DNA of 64,000 bases from a virus (IMGVR_UViG_2785510761_000002); one strand, 5' to 3'; shown: positions 9,331-19,481, counted from the first letter of the stretch. Program-made: numbers and translations. The notes: generated by a model from the letters alone, not told the origin.

Positions 9331-9977
9331 GGCGAAACCATGCCATTTTCGAGGCTCACACCCCGGTCGCCGGCCCGAGGAGGGTACTTGCGCGCAAACG
9401 GTGCTCCCGCAGCCGATCCCAAGCGCCTGCGTAGAGGCGCCCCGAAAACGGGTGCGGGGCCGGGAAACGAGCGTCCAGGGCCGTTTCCGGCCGCGTTCAA
9501 CCTCTATCGGCGCCCCGAGGACGCGCAGTGCTCCTGAAATCGGCTGAATCGTGGTCGTTATGCACGCGCGCCTACGCGCGTACGCGGGCGCGCGCCCGAC
9601 CGGGGGAAACACTCGCGATTGGACGAAAATCTGAAATGCAGTGTGCGCTCCGTCATGCTGTGAGTTGAGACGCTAGATACCTCGAAAGAGCCGCATACCC
9701 CCACCCCTCAGCAAAAAATGGTTGCTGCGACCTGTCACAGGTTTGTCACGGTAGGCTCAGTCGAGCGTTCCCTCGCCTACCGTGCGGTTTGAGCATTCAC
9801 CTTGCAGAGGATGGGCGCCTTCAATTCGCTTCACTGGTGCTGGCGATTACGCTGCGGCAGTAACAAGCATTCTCACACTGGCGGGTCGGCTTCTCGTCAG
9901 CCGGAGGCATTGATCCGTGTGATCCCGGCTTGCATGTCGTTGAGGGTAAACGAGGCGTGCCGCGCATAAGAGTGTGC

Positions 9978-10739
9978 ATGAAGTCTGCTTCCAAGCTTGG
10001 CGTCTCAGCAATCGTGCTCATCGTGCTGGCCGGATTCCTCATGGCCACGAACATGTGGGATCCGTCTGTCGTCTCATTCACGAGGCACGTGGTGGGCGAC
10101 AAAGCCGCGAGTGCTCTCGACACCACCGCCCGCGGCAGTGTCGATGCATCCAAAAAGTGGGTCGATGAAGCCAAGGATATGACCCTGGAGGATCTGGTTC
10201 AGAAGGCCCGGGAACTTCCTGCCCCAGAGATTCGGAGGATCCCAAAGTACGACCGCGAGGCGCAGTTCGGAACCTGGGTGAACAACGACCTCGGATGCAG
10301 CACCAGACAGATGATCCTCGCGCGGGATCTGGACAATGCTCAGCTCGACGAAGACGACTGCACTGTCCTCTCAGGAACGCTGACCACTGACCCGTATAGC
10401 GGGAAACAGATCGACTTCATCAGCGACCGCGCCGGCGGTGACTCACGAGCGGTGCAGACGGAAACGATCGTTCCGCCTTCCGTCGCTTGGAGGTCCGGAG
10501 CATCTACCTGGACTCAGGAGCAGCGCGCAGCGTTCATGAACGACCCGGACAACCTCATCTCCGTAGGTGAGAAGTCAAGGGCTGACAGGAGCGACAAAGC
10601 GCCGGATCGGTGGATGCCTGCGAACAAGAGCTATGGCTGTTCCTTCGCTGAGGCGTACACAAATGTCACGGTGAAGTACGGACTCTCGCTGGACACGAAG
10701 ACCAGGAACTTCCTCGTAGAGACGTTGGCGCAGTGCTAG
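9978..10739 (+). CDS. hypothetical secreted or membrane-anchored protein
   Basis: Start taken at the internal ATG (MKSASKLGVSAIVLIVLAGFLMATNMW) giving a signal/TM helix. GCCGCGCATAAGAGTGTGC-ATG start-associated motif upstream. Confidence 0.5.
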   Translation: MKSASKLGVSAIVLIVLAGFLMATNMWDPSVVSFTRHVVGDKAASALDTTARGSVDASKKWVDEAKDMTLEDLVQKARELPAPEIRRIPKYDREAQFGTWVNNDLGCSTRQMILARDLDNAQLDEDDCTVLSGTLTTDPYSGKQIDFISDRAGGDSRAVQTETIVPPSVAWRSGASTWTQEQRAAFMNDPDNLISVGEKSRADRSDKAPDRWMPANKSYGCSFAEAYTNVTVKYGLSLDTKTRNFLVETLAQC

Positions 10740-12814
10740 GCCTAGTCACCGGGACTGTTGATGACCCCGAAATCAGGATCTCATTCCCATATGACGCAAT
10801 CCACGCTCCATCGCGTTCGCCGCTGCGCGAGTACATCAAAGCCAAGTGTGATGCCCGATGGGACAAAGCAGCTGGTCAGTGGGTGATCACCGGGACACCA
10901 CGTCATCCTGATGAGTTCTTCGCAGGCTGTGGAATCACTCTTCACATCGACAGGGAAGCGTTCCCAGGTGTCACCAGTGCTGAAGAGCTACAGCGCCCGT
11001 TTGGAGTGCTCGCGCCCAACGGGCGGCAAGTGCAGGTGCACTCCCGCATGACGTCGCGCGCCGAGCTCCTACATCTGCTCGGCTACGCTGCCCAATGGGA
11101 TCGGGAGGCAAAAGTAAACGTGATCCCTGTGACTGACGTGTATCTCAATGGTCAACTGCGGCCTCAGGTTGAGTGGAGCGAAGAAGCCCAGTGGGCGGCG
11201 TACCGGGCGCTCACCGCGAAGGTAGCCGTTTCCGGGCTCGAAGAACAAGCCGAGGCCTGCGGCAGGGTTCCGAGCGTAGACGAATCGTTCAAATCCTGGT
11301 TCGAGAGCTCAGTGGCATCGATGCCGGAGTGGTGGGACTGGGACAGTCGGGAACCATTCCCTCACCAGTTCCCCGGCGCGTACAGTGCCGTACTCGGGCA
11401 CCGTCTCATTGCTGATGCGCCAGGCGTGGGGAAGACAAACACCGCCATCATGTGTGCCGGGCTCAAGCGATCCAAACGCATCCTTGTCGTCTGCCCTCCA
11501 AAACTATCCCTGAACTGGGGGCACGAGTTTGCCCAGGCGGGGTACCCGCATCAGATCCGCGTCTTTCGCGCTGGCCCACTCAGGAAGAAGGACAAGGAGC
11601 CGTTGCCGGACGAAGGAGTGGTGGTCGTTGGCGATTCGCTGCTGGCTTCTCGTGACGCGCTCCGAGATCAGTTGATCGAGTGGTGCCCGGACTTCTTTGT
11701 GGTGGATGAGATCCACCGACTGAAATCGTTGGCCTCCAAGCGCACGCAGGCAGTGCTCGATGTCGCACATCATGTCCCAGTCTCCGGGCGCTACGGCCTC
11801 ACCGGCACCCCGATCATCAGCGGCCCTCATGAACTCGTGCCGATCCTTGAGTTCACTGGACATCTGGGGCCGGTATTCGGCGGAGCGCACGCATTCCTGC
11901 ATCGCTTCTGCACCTACTTCGAGAAGTTCAAGTCTTTCGCGCCACGCAAGCACGCGCTGCCTGAGTTGCACGCGCTGCTCACCCGCCACATCTGGGTGCG
12001 CCGGCCGAAGTTCGAGGTTCTGAAGATGCTGAGCAAGCCGATCAGCTCAGCGATCGAACTGGACGTAGACGTGAGCGCCTACAAGGAGGCTCACCGTCAG
12101 GTCATCGAGAAGCTCGAAGAGTGGGTATCTACGTTCATTGGAGAGTGGGGTATTCCGCCCGATGAGGAAGCGATCGAGAGCTACCTTGAGCTGAACGCAG
12201 TCGGACATGTGAGTCATCTTCGGCTGGCATCAGCTGTTACGAAGCTGGAAACAGCCACAGAGCTGATCGCAGAGCATGTGGCATCTGACCCCGACAACGA
12301 GTCGCCTCTCATCGTGTGGGTGCACCACAAAGAGGTGCAGCTTGCGCTGGCTGAACAGCTCGAGTCTGAAGGGGTCGCCTATCGAATGGTCGTCGGTGGG
12401 CAGAGCCAGAAACAGTCACAGGAATCCGTTGACATGTATCAGGACGGGCAGGTGCAGGTACTCATCTGCTCGATCACCGCAGCGGGTGTGGGCCTCACAT
12501 TGACTCGAGGATGTGAAGCGCTGTTTGTGGAAACGGACTGGACTCCAGCAATCGTGTCCCAGGCCGTCGACCGGCAAAACCGAATCGGCCAGACCCGGGC
12601 TGTGATCACTCGCACACTCGTGGCGCTGGGAACGCTCGATGAGCACATCCAACGCATCCAACAGAAGAAGGGCGCTATCGCCGGGGTGGTGCACGGGGAC
12701 GACCTCTCAGACGTTGCTGTGCTGCACTCGCAAGACCTTGCCACGCCGCGTGAAATCATCCGCGGGCTGCTTGAACCGATCGTAAAGAAGATGCAGCCGA
12801 AGATCGCCGCGTAA
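10733..12814 (+). CDS. SNF2-family helicase
   Basis: Motif I LIADAPGVGKT, motif II DEIHRLK, motif III LTGTPI, motif V ICSITAAGVGLTLT, motif VI QAVDRQNRIGQTR. Confidence 0.8.
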   Translation: MLGLVTGTVDDPEIRISFPYDAIHAPSRSPLREYIKAKCDARWDKAAGQWVITGTPRHPDEFFAGCGITLHIDREAFPGVTSAEELQRPFGVLAPNGRQVQVHSRMTSRAELLHLLGYAAQWDREAKVNVIPVTDVYLNGQLRPQVEWSEEAQWAAYRALTAKVAVSGLEEQAEACGRVPSVDESFKSWFESSVASMPEWWDWDSREPFPHQFPGAYSAVLGHRLIADAPGVGKTNTAIMCAGLKRSKRILVVCPPKLSLNWGHEFAQAGYPHQIRVFRAGPLRKKDKEPLPDEGVVVVGDSLLASRDALRDQLIEWCPDFFVVDEIHRLKSLASKRTQAVLDVAHHVPVSGRYGLTGTPIISGPHELVPILEFTGHLGPVFGGAHAFLHRFCTYFEKFKSFAPRKHALPELHALLTRHIWVRRPKFEVLKMLSKPISSAIELDVDVSAYKEAHRQVIEKLEEWVSTFIGEWGIPPDEEAIESYLELNAVGHVSHLRLASAVTKLETATELIAEHVASDPDNESPLIVWVHHKEVQLALAEQLESEGVAYRMVVGGQSQKQSQESVDMYQDGQVQVLICSITAAGVGLTLTRGCEALFVETDWTPAIVSQAVDRQNRIGQTRAVITRTLVALGTLDEHIQRIQQKKGAIAGVVHGDDLSDVAVLHSQDLATPREIIRGLLEPIVKKMQPKIAA

Positions 12815-12845
12815 ATCCTGCCCGGACCCGTATGTGGCCGGGCAG

Positions 12846-12998
12846 GAGGCAATCATGAGTTGGCTGAAAGAAGCGTTCACCCCAGACCCTGATGAAGTTG
12901 ATCAAGTCACAGGCCTGTTCACGAGCAAGCGCGGGCTGATCGCGATCGGTGTGCTGCTCGTCGCGATTGTTGTCGGCAGCGTTCTGGCGTTCATCTGA
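12846..12998 (+). CDS. small membrane protein (50 aa)
   Basis: RBS GGAGG 7 nt upstream. Single TM helix (LIAIGVLLVAIVVGSVLAFI). Stop overlaps the start of the next gene (TGATG). Confidence 0.4.
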   Translation, partial: EAIMSWLKEAFTPDPDEVDQVTGLFTSKRGLIAIGVLLVAIVVGSVLAFI

Positions 12999-13621
12999 TG
13001 CGCGGGCAGGTGATCGGCACCGCTGGAGGCGGCCTAACCGGAGATGACTCGTGGGCAAACGCATCGCGCGGAGCTCAGGAGGCGGGCCGTGTAGCAGAGG
13101 TTCAGGTGGGCAACACCCTCTCACGGGTAGCCGAGCGTGGCCCTGCGGTGCTGCATGACCTTCGCATCCCCATTCCCGGTTTCACCGCGAACGTCGACCA
13201 CGTCATCGTGCATGGAAGCCGGGTCATCGTGATCGACTCGAAAGCGTGGGCCGCTGGTCGATATTGGACATTCAGGGGACGAACCCGCATCGGTTTTCGT
13301 CTGCTGGCGCCGAAGCGAGATTCAAAAGACGCGGTACGCACGCTTATTGGACAGCATGCACCTCACTGTGACAAGAAGACGATCCCCACCGCGGTATCCG
13401 CGATGAAACGGTACCTCGAGCAGCAGGGAATCGACGCACAGTTCGACCGCCCCATGCTGGCGATCTGGCAGGACCGGCAGACAAGTTTTGCGGGGTACAG
13501 GCCACAGGGTGACCCGGCTGTTGTCGTCGGGAAAAACCTGGGCAGGTGGATGCGGCGAAAAGTAAAGCCGCATCCCGCCGACCCGGCCATCATCCACGCA
13601 CTCGCACAGCTAGTGAACTAG
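12998..13621 (+). CDS. NERD-domain (nuclease-related) protein
   Basis: NERD-like core VLHDLRIPIPGF...NVDHVIVHGSRVIVIDSKAWAAGRYW. Confidence 0.6.
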   Translation: MRGQVIGTAGGGLTGDDSWANASRGAQEAGRVAEVQVGNTLSRVAERGPAVLHDLRIPIPGFTANVDHVIVHGSRVIVIDSKAWAAGRYWTFRGRTRIGFRLLAPKRDSKDAVRTLIGQHAPHCDKKTIPTAVSAMKRYLEQQGIDAQFDRPMLAIWQDRQTSFAGYRPQGDPAVVVGKNLGRWMRRKVKPHPADPAIIHALAQLVN

Positions 13622-13631
13622 GAGCAGCACC

Positions 13632-16600
13632 TTGGCAACGTCGAAGCAGATCGAGCAGCCGCCTCCCTACACCGTAATCACCTTGGTTGTGACCGTGGCG
13701 CTATGTGCTGTCGCCCTGTTCCTGCAGTGGCCGGCGGCCGTGATCGCGCTCGTGGGAATTCTGGTGGCAGCTTCTCTGAGTCGCAGCCCTCAGCTCACGG
13801 GGCCAAAAGACCCGCAGACCCAGTACCCGACAGTGGGGAATCCGGGGGAGCAGCAAGCACTGAACCGTCACCGATTCTGGCGCACAGTTCCTGGGAAGCT
13901 CCTATCCTGCGGTCCCTTCTGGCCGCTGACCACAAACATGCTGGCAGCAATTGGCGTTGGGTGCATCGCGTTCACTCTTCCGTACGAGGGCGCCGGAAAA
14001 CTCCTGCAGCTCATTGATGGTGTCGGAGCTCTGCCGTTTCTCCCATGGATCAACGGCGTCTTCTCCACTCTGCTCGTAGCTGGCTTCGGGGCAGCTCTGC
14101 GATCGAAGGATCCGGAGAACGGCCCAATGCCGCCCACTGACCTCGCAACGCTCTTAACGCAGTCAACATCGCGTGACCCAAAAACGTTTGCCCTGCTTGT
14201 GCTCGCCGTGAGCGGTGCACTGCTCACCGGGCTGGGGACCTCATGGTGGATCGCGGCGGCGGACTGGTACCTCATTTTCCCGGGAGGAGTCGCAGGTGCC
14301 GGGGCCGCCCTCATCGTGTTCGCACTTGTCACGCATGCGGCTACCGTCACGGAAACCCGGCGCCCATGGCTAGAAGCCTGCGAAGCTCGGGCCACATGGG
14401 CCGCACGATGGCCCTCGATGCCTAAGCTCAAGGAGTTCCCGCAGCTCACCAGTCACCGGAGGCTTGGAGCCAGCGATGAGGTGTGGATTGACGAGTTCCA
14501 GGCCCCAGCGATGCAGGGTGCGAAGTTCTGGATCGACAAGCCAGTTCCTGAGGGTATTGAACCGCTCATGCCTGCCAACACAATGGTGGCCTTCCTGTCC
14601 GTTCCTGACGTAGCCGGTGACGGCAACCCCATCACCTTGAGCAGAAGCGCAACGAAGTTCCGTGTCATCACCTGGAATGGCGATCATCCGCTCGACGTCA
14701 CCGACCCGAAGGTAGACCGTGAGCTCCTCAGCGTCTGGTTCGACCTGAAGGTGAGCGCAAGCTGTGCCGCGGCATGGGGGTCAATGTTCTCGCTCATTCC
14801 ACTGCACGCGCCAGAAGCACTGCACGTCGAGAAGGATGAGTGGATTGGCACCGAGACCGGTGCCTGGAAGATCGAGTACGGGGTGACCCAGGGAGTGAAC
14901 CTCCCCAGCTCAATGGCTGAGTGCGTGTCCAGCGCACAGCTTGCTTTGGGGCAGGAGATCGAAGTGCTGCCCATCGGCACATCCATGTTCATCGGCGCTA
15001 TCACCGCGGAAACCACCCAGCTCGAAGACGATTCGATTCTCGAGCAGCTTGCCTCAGAGCAGGAGATGCAGGCGTGGGAGAAGCGCTGGAAAGACATCAC
15101 CGGGCCAGGAATGCAGGCGCCGGCATACTTCCCCGAGCACGACGGTCAAGAGGAACTCGATTCGCGTACCGTGATATTCAGCCGTCTGTTCGGTGCTCCC
15201 GCAGGACTGTCAGCGAAGGACTACTTTGCGAAAGCCACCCCGGATCGCATCCAGAGCGGGCTGAAAGGCGCGTCCTGGTCCACAGCTTCGTTCTACGTGG
15301 ACCCGCACTCGAAGAAGCGTTACCCGCACCTCATGCAGATCATGTGGTCTGAGCAGCAGATCCCACTGAACCCTGCACGAATCGCACCGACAGATAGCGC
15401 TCGGGCTGCGACCTGGGCGATCACCGGAGCGATCAACGCTGCGTTCCTTGGAGCGAAAATGCAGCGCCCTGAGGTGATGAGCGTGAAGCCGCTCACCAGC
15501 CGGCAATCGCGTGGCCACATCTGGGAGGTAACACTTGCGCTCCTTGATGGAATGACGATGGCTGACGTTCGCAAGAACCAGCAGAAGCTCATGGCTGCCC
15601 TTGAAGGCTGCGAATGGTTGCGCGTCGGCGCCAGCACCCGTGGATGCCGGATCCTGTTCGGTGCGATGCCCTCATCTCGCCGCACTTGGGCGAACAAGGA
15701 CGCGGAAACCTCTGCGCGCAAGCTCGACTGGGAGCAGCATTTCATCGACTCGAAGATCAAGAACGCCCGCGAGGAGACGCCAGAGCTGCTAGACGTTGCT
15801 CCGCTTCCAAAGAACGACCTCGTGCGTGAGTACCGATTCAAGATGCCCGCCGGCCTGGCGATCGGCGACGTGAAGAAAGAGTCCGGGAAGCTCCAGAGCA
15901 CGACCGGGAACGGATTCCTCGATATCCGTCAGGGAGCAACGCCCGCGGAGATGATCATTCAGGCGGCAGAGGAAAGCCCCATGCCGAACCTTGCATTCTT
16001 CAACTGGGACGAAGTGGACGAAAGCAAAGCCGTGCCATTCGCCACCAACATTCAAGGTGAGCCGATGGCATGGGACCCGCTCACGGATCCGCACGTAGTC
16101 CTTCTGGGCGCCACCGGCTCGGGCAAGTCGGCCGCGATTCAGTCATTCCTTACCCCGGCTGCAATTCAAGGGTATGAACTGCACATTTTCGATAAGCCCA
16201 AGGGGGCTGCCGACTTCCAGTACCTGGTGCCGTTCTCCAAGCAGGTTGCGACCGAATACGTGACCATCGCCGCAGCGCTCGAGAACGTCTACAAGGAGGT
16301 TGAGCGCCGCAAGGAGTTGAACCAGCAGTATGGAGCTTCTCGCGTGCGAAACCTCCCCGACGAGGTGCGTCCTCCTCACATGATCGTGGTGATCGATGAG
16401 TTCACTTCCACCATCAAGCCAGAGCTGCTCGACAAAATCACGGGAGACGAGACCGAGGATCAGCTGCGAGAGCGCGAATTCAATGTGCGCACGAACCAGT
16501 ACAAGGGGCGGATCGGTGCGGCTGTTGGAAAGATCATGCGAGAGGCGCGCTCCGCGGGCGTTTCGATGCTCGTGGCCGGCCAGACACTCTCAGCCGACGA

Positions 16601-17372
16601 GATGAAGGCAAGCCCCGCTCTCGGCAACATCAAAAACCAGGCGGCGATGATCCTTCTGGGCAAGGCCTCGTTTGGCCAGCGTGCGTCAGCGTTCAAAAAT
16701 GTGGAGCTTGCTCCTGAACTGGGCGAGAACGTGCCAAAGGGCCGCGGCATCTTTGAAAGCTCAGAAGGCGCTCCGACAATGTTCCAGGCCTGGTACGGGG
16801 CCGACTTCGCAGAGTTCGAGACAGGACCGGAAGCAGAAGCTGCGCACCTCCGGAACATGGTCGACCACATCAGCGCAGCCCGCGACCCAGAGGCGGATCA
16901 ACTGTTCGATGATGACCTCCGCCCAGATGAGTCGGAGATCCGTGCGTTCGGGGAGATCATCCAGCCAGACGCGGCAGAGGATTTCGAGGACGAGGTGATT
17001 GACATGGGGGAGATCGACCTGGAAATCAGCTTCGATGAATTTGACCTCGGCGACGCTGCACAGGATACGACTTCCACTGTGGGGGATGCCCAACTTGAAA
17101 CAGCAGTGACCGCGCTCGAAACGGCCGTGGATCACAATCTCGAGCCTGAGCCTGAGCCGGAGCCTCAGTGGGAGTCCGATATGGTCGTGGAGCCCATCAC
17201 GGAGCCTTCCTCACCCGAGGTGAGTATTGAACAAGCGAACCAGCCTCAGACCATGGATCCAGCAACCGAAGGGGCTCGAGAGCCAGGCGAGCCCGGAGGT
17301 GAAGGTGCCGACGGTATGTTCACCAGAAAGCAATTCTCCAGACCCTCAATGGCCGATGATCTGTTCAAGTAA
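13632..17372 (+). CDS. FtsK/SpoIIIE-family membrane ATPase (DNA-translocase-like; TraB/TraSA- or EccC-like)
   Basis: 1246 aa (TTG start). Four or more N-terminal TM helices. Walker A VLLGATGSGKS, Walker B MIVVIDEF, LVAGQTL. Long acidic low-complexity C-terminus. Confidence 0.75.
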   Translation: MATSKQIEQPPPYTVITLVVTVALCAVALFLQWPAAVIALVGILVAASLSRSPQLTGPKDPQTQYPTVGNPGEQQALNRHRFWRTVPGKLLSCGPFWPLTTNMLAAIGVGCIAFTLPYEGAGKLLQLIDGVGALPFLPWINGVFSTLLVAGFGAALRSKDPENGPMPPTDLATLLTQSTSRDPKTFALLVLAVSGALLTGLGTSWWIAAADWYLIFPGGVAGAGAALIVFALVTHAATVTETRRPWLEACEARATWAARWPSMPKLKEFPQLTSHRRLGASDEVWIDEFQAPAMQGAKFWIDKPVPEGIEPLMPANTMVAFLSVPDVAGDGNPITLSRSATKFRVITWNGDHPLDVTDPKVDRELLSVWFDLKVSASCAAAWGSMFSLIPLHAPEALHVEKDEWIGTETGAWKIEYGVTQGVNLPSSMAECVSSAQLALGQEIEVLPIGTSMFIGAITAETTQLEDDSILEQLASEQEMQAWEKRWKDITGPGMQAPAYFPEHDGQEELDSRTVIFSRLFGAPAGLSAKDYFAKATPDRIQSGLKGASWSTASFYVDPHSKKRYPHLMQIMWSEQQIPLNPARIAPTDSARAATWAITGAINAAFLGAKMQRPEVMSVKPLTSRQSRGHIWEVTLALLDGMTMADVRKNQQKLMAALEGCEWLRVGASTRGCRILFGAMPSSRRTWANKDAETSARKLDWEQHFIDSKIKNAREETPELLDVAPLPKNDLVREYRFKMPAGLAIGDVKKESGKLQSTTGNGFLDIRQGATPAEMIIQAAEESPMPNLAFFNWDEVDESKAVPFATNIQGEPMAWDPLTDPHVVLLGATGSGKSAAIQSFLTPAAIQGYELHIFDKPKGAADFQYLVPFSKQVATEYVTIAAALENVYKEVERRKELNQQYGASRVRNLPDEVRPPHMIVVIDEFTSTIKPELLDKITGDETEDQLREREFNVRTNQYKGRIGAAVGKIMREARSAGVSMLVAGQTLSADEMKASPALGNIKNQAAMILLGKASFGQRASAFKNVELAPELGENVPKGRGIFESSEGAPTMFQAWYGADFAEFETGPEAEAAHLRNMVDHISAARDPEADQLFDDDLRPDESEIRAFGEIIQPDAAEDFEDEVIDMGEIDLEISFDEFDLGDAAQDTTSTVGDAQLETAVTALETAVDHNLEPEPEPEPQWESDMVVEPITEPSSPEVSIEQANQPQTMDPATEGAREPGEPGGEGADGMFTRKQFSRPSMADDLFK

Positions 17373-17375
17373 TGG

Positions 17376-17385
17376 CCGCGCATTC
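17376..17385 (+). promoter_or_regulatory. CCGCGCATTC motif instance upstream of the 17409 gene
   Basis: One of more than 20 intergenic copies of the motif, oriented toward the downstream gene. Confidence 0.4.
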
Positions 17386-17408
17386 CCGTGATGAGAAGAG
17401 GAGGGTGA

Positions 17409-17828
17409 GTGCGCGACATCAGGCAGGCCGCGCCGATAGGTATGAGTTACACCGCAGGAAGACTGCAATCGCTCGGTGAGCAGATGCAATGGACAGTGTT
17501 TGATGCGCAACCTCTGCTCGGCGGGTTCTGCGTGCTCCCCAGCGGCCAGCGAGCGTCGTTTGTCGGAAGCAGTCGCGTCATCACCGACCACGAAGAGCAG
17601 TCACTTGACCCATCGAGCCAGAGAGTCCGCAGTCAGTACTCCGCAAGGCATCTCGGGCCGATTACACGTGAGCTGGTGCGAGATGAATCCCTCGGGCGGG
17701 TGGTCATCTCGTACGAGTTTCAAACCCCGTATGAGCAGGTCACGGCCACTTTCGAGACGCTTGGCGGCTATGATCTGCGTCTGCTGAACGCGTCTGAGCA
17801 CTTGATGGATGATCTGATCTACAGATAA
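17409..17828 (+). CDS. hypothetical protein
   Basis: 139-aa ORF (GTG start) with RBS GAGGAGG upstream. Confidence 0.4.
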   Translation: MRDIRQAAPIGMSYTAGRLQSLGEQMQWTVFDAQPLLGGFCVLPSGQRASFVGSSRVITDHEEQSLDPSSQRVRSQYSARHLGPITRELVRDESLGRVVISYEFQTPYEQVTATFETLGGYDLRLLNASEHLMDDLIYR

Positions 17829-17863
17829 CCGGCCCGTATGTGAGAGTTCGGGAAGGAATCTCG

Positions 17864-18124
17864 ATGTCACACGGAACACACTGGGCTGCTGAGCCGACAT
17901 ATATGCCAGGGGAGTATGTGGTTGTGCCCGACGGCGACCTCAGGTGGGCCGAATGGAGCCCGAAGTTCGGCCGGGCTGATGCGCAGTTGACCGCGAGACG
18001 GTTGAACGAGCGCGGAGCGTCACCTGAAAAGTACCTCTCCGCCCTCTCAACCCTGGAGAAGTTCACACCCACCACAACGATCCAAGTGATCGAGCAGATC
18101 CACGAGGAGGAACCACGCTCATGA
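17864..18124 (+). CDS. hypothetical protein
   Basis: Start moved to the internal ATG (MSHGTHWAAEP) preceded by GGGAAGGAA. Stop overlaps the next start (ATGA). Confidence 0.4.
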   Translation: MSHGTHWAAEPTYMPGEYVVVPDGDLRWAEWSPKFGRADAQLTARRLNERGASPEKYLSALSTLEKFTPTTTIQVIEQIHEEEPRS

Positions 18125-18888
18125 TGGGTGTGAACCACGCAATCTCAGGGGCGGCCGCATGGACAGCCCTCGCCGTCACGGCGCCGGGTTTCCCAGCACT
18201 GGGATACACGCCCATGGAGCCTTGGCAGGTGATCACTGGGGCAGTGATCTGCGCTGGCGCTGCGCTGCTTCCTGACGCTGACCATCACAGTGCGACGATC
18301 GCATACGCCGTCCCTGGAGGGGGAGTCGTCACTGGTGTGGCTGGCGCACTTACCGGCGGTCACCGTCACGGGATGCACTCAATCCTCGCCGTTGTCGGCA
18401 TCTGGTTCGCCACTGGGTGGCTCGCCGGCCTGAGTTGGCAACCTGCATGGTGGGGGTCTGCCATCCCGATTGGCGCAGCGCTCGCCATCATGTTCCTTGT
18501 GACCATCTCACTGAAGGTGTTGAAGTTAGCTAAGAGCTGGCCGCGAGCATGGATGTTCGGCATTCTCGGAGGGGCGGTGCTCGGCCTGGCCATGCCGGAC
18601 GCGCTGGGCTGGTTCCAGCTCGCCGTTACAGTGGGGTACGCAGTGCACCTGCTCGGCGACTACCTGACTGTTCAGGGCATCAACTGGTTTTGGCCGTTGA
18701 AAATTCGTGCTCCAAAATTCATCTCGAACATCCCGATCCTCAAAGACATGTGGGGTGAGAACGGGTACTTTTCCCTGCCGCTGCTGGGCACCGCGGGATC
18801 TTGGCGCGAAGCGATTGTTGGGTGGGTGATGTCGCTCTACGTGCTCGCTGGCTTTGGGGCTTCGCTGCTCAGTCCGCTGCTTCCGTGA
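18121..18888 (+). CDS. multi-pass membrane protein, YdjM/DUF457-like putative metal-dependent hydrolase
   Basis: Several TM helices. LLPDADHHS and GGHRHGMHS His-rich motifs typical of the membrane-bound hydrolase family. Confidence 0.5.
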   Translation: MMGVNHAISGAAAWTALAVTAPGFPALGYTPMEPWQVITGAVICAGAALLPDADHHSATIAYAVPGGGVVTGVAGALTGGHRHGMHSILAVVGIWFATGWLAGLSWQPAWWGSAIPIGAALAIMFLVTISLKVLKLAKSWPRAWMFGILGGAVLGLAMPDALGWFQLAVTVGYAVHLLGDYLTVQGINWFWPLKIRAPKFISNIPILKDMWGENGYFSLPLLGTAGSWREAIVGWVMSLYVLAGFGASLLSPLLP

Positions 18889-19312
18889 TCATTCGCACCT
18901 GCGGCCAATACCTGCGACAAAGCTGAGCCACCACAATTAGCGCCATGCAGCTGTAAGTGCCGAACATCATTTGCTGAGCTGAGGTCATCTGCAGCCCGAT
19001 CAATGCACCGGGAACGAACCAGAGACCGTACGCTCCGGCCAGCATGACCATGACGGAATGGCCCAGCGGTGCTGGGCGCTTGAACATCGACCGCGCTGCC
19101 CAGCGGGCGACGGCGAGCAGAGCCCAGAGTGCGCCGAACGTCGCAACTGACCGCAGCACGTACGTGATGATGAGCGCGCTGAGCGTTACCCAGTTCAGCT
19201 GAGAGTCGGTGAGCCATGACGTCAGCGGCCGAGAGGCGCTGAGGAACGCCATCGGCAGCAGGATACTCGCCACGGTCATGATGATGGTGAACAGAGAGAA
19301 CCCGTCAGACAT
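18869..19312 (-). CDS. hypothetical multi-pass membrane protein
   Basis: Start moved to the internal M (MSDGFSLFTIIMTVASILL). Four predicted TM helices. Confidence 0.35.
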   Translation of the reverse strand: MSDGFSLFTIIMTVASILLPMAFLSASRPLTSWLTDSQLNWVTLSALIITYVLRSVATFGALWALLAVARWAARSMFKRPAPLGHSVMVMLAGAYGLWFVPGALIGLQMTSAQQMMFGTYSCMALIVVAQLCRRYWPQVRMITEAAD

Positions 19313-19481
19313 GACCGGCCCTCGTATCGAGGATTCGGACACGCGGGCGCGGCTTCGTCTCAACCGCATTCAGTCACCTCATGGCGTGTGCGCCAGTTCT
19401 TCAAATCTTCTTCTGTGTACTGGTTCGGGTCCCCTAGGAGCCCCCGGCTGCAGTACACGCACTTGATCAGCATTCGGTTCG

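Noticed and set aside
8856-9612. Several 60-130-aa ORFs inside the 8860-9975 region
   Set aside because: They are mutually overlapping on both strands and have Arg/Pro/Gly-rich wrong-frame composition. The region is dominated by repeats and palindromes, so it is treated as non-coding.
13001-13009. Copy of ATGCGCGGG at the start codon of the NERD gene
   Set aside because: It is formed by the stop-start overlap TGATGCGCGGG and lies inside coding sequence, so it is likely coincidental rather than a regulatory instance.
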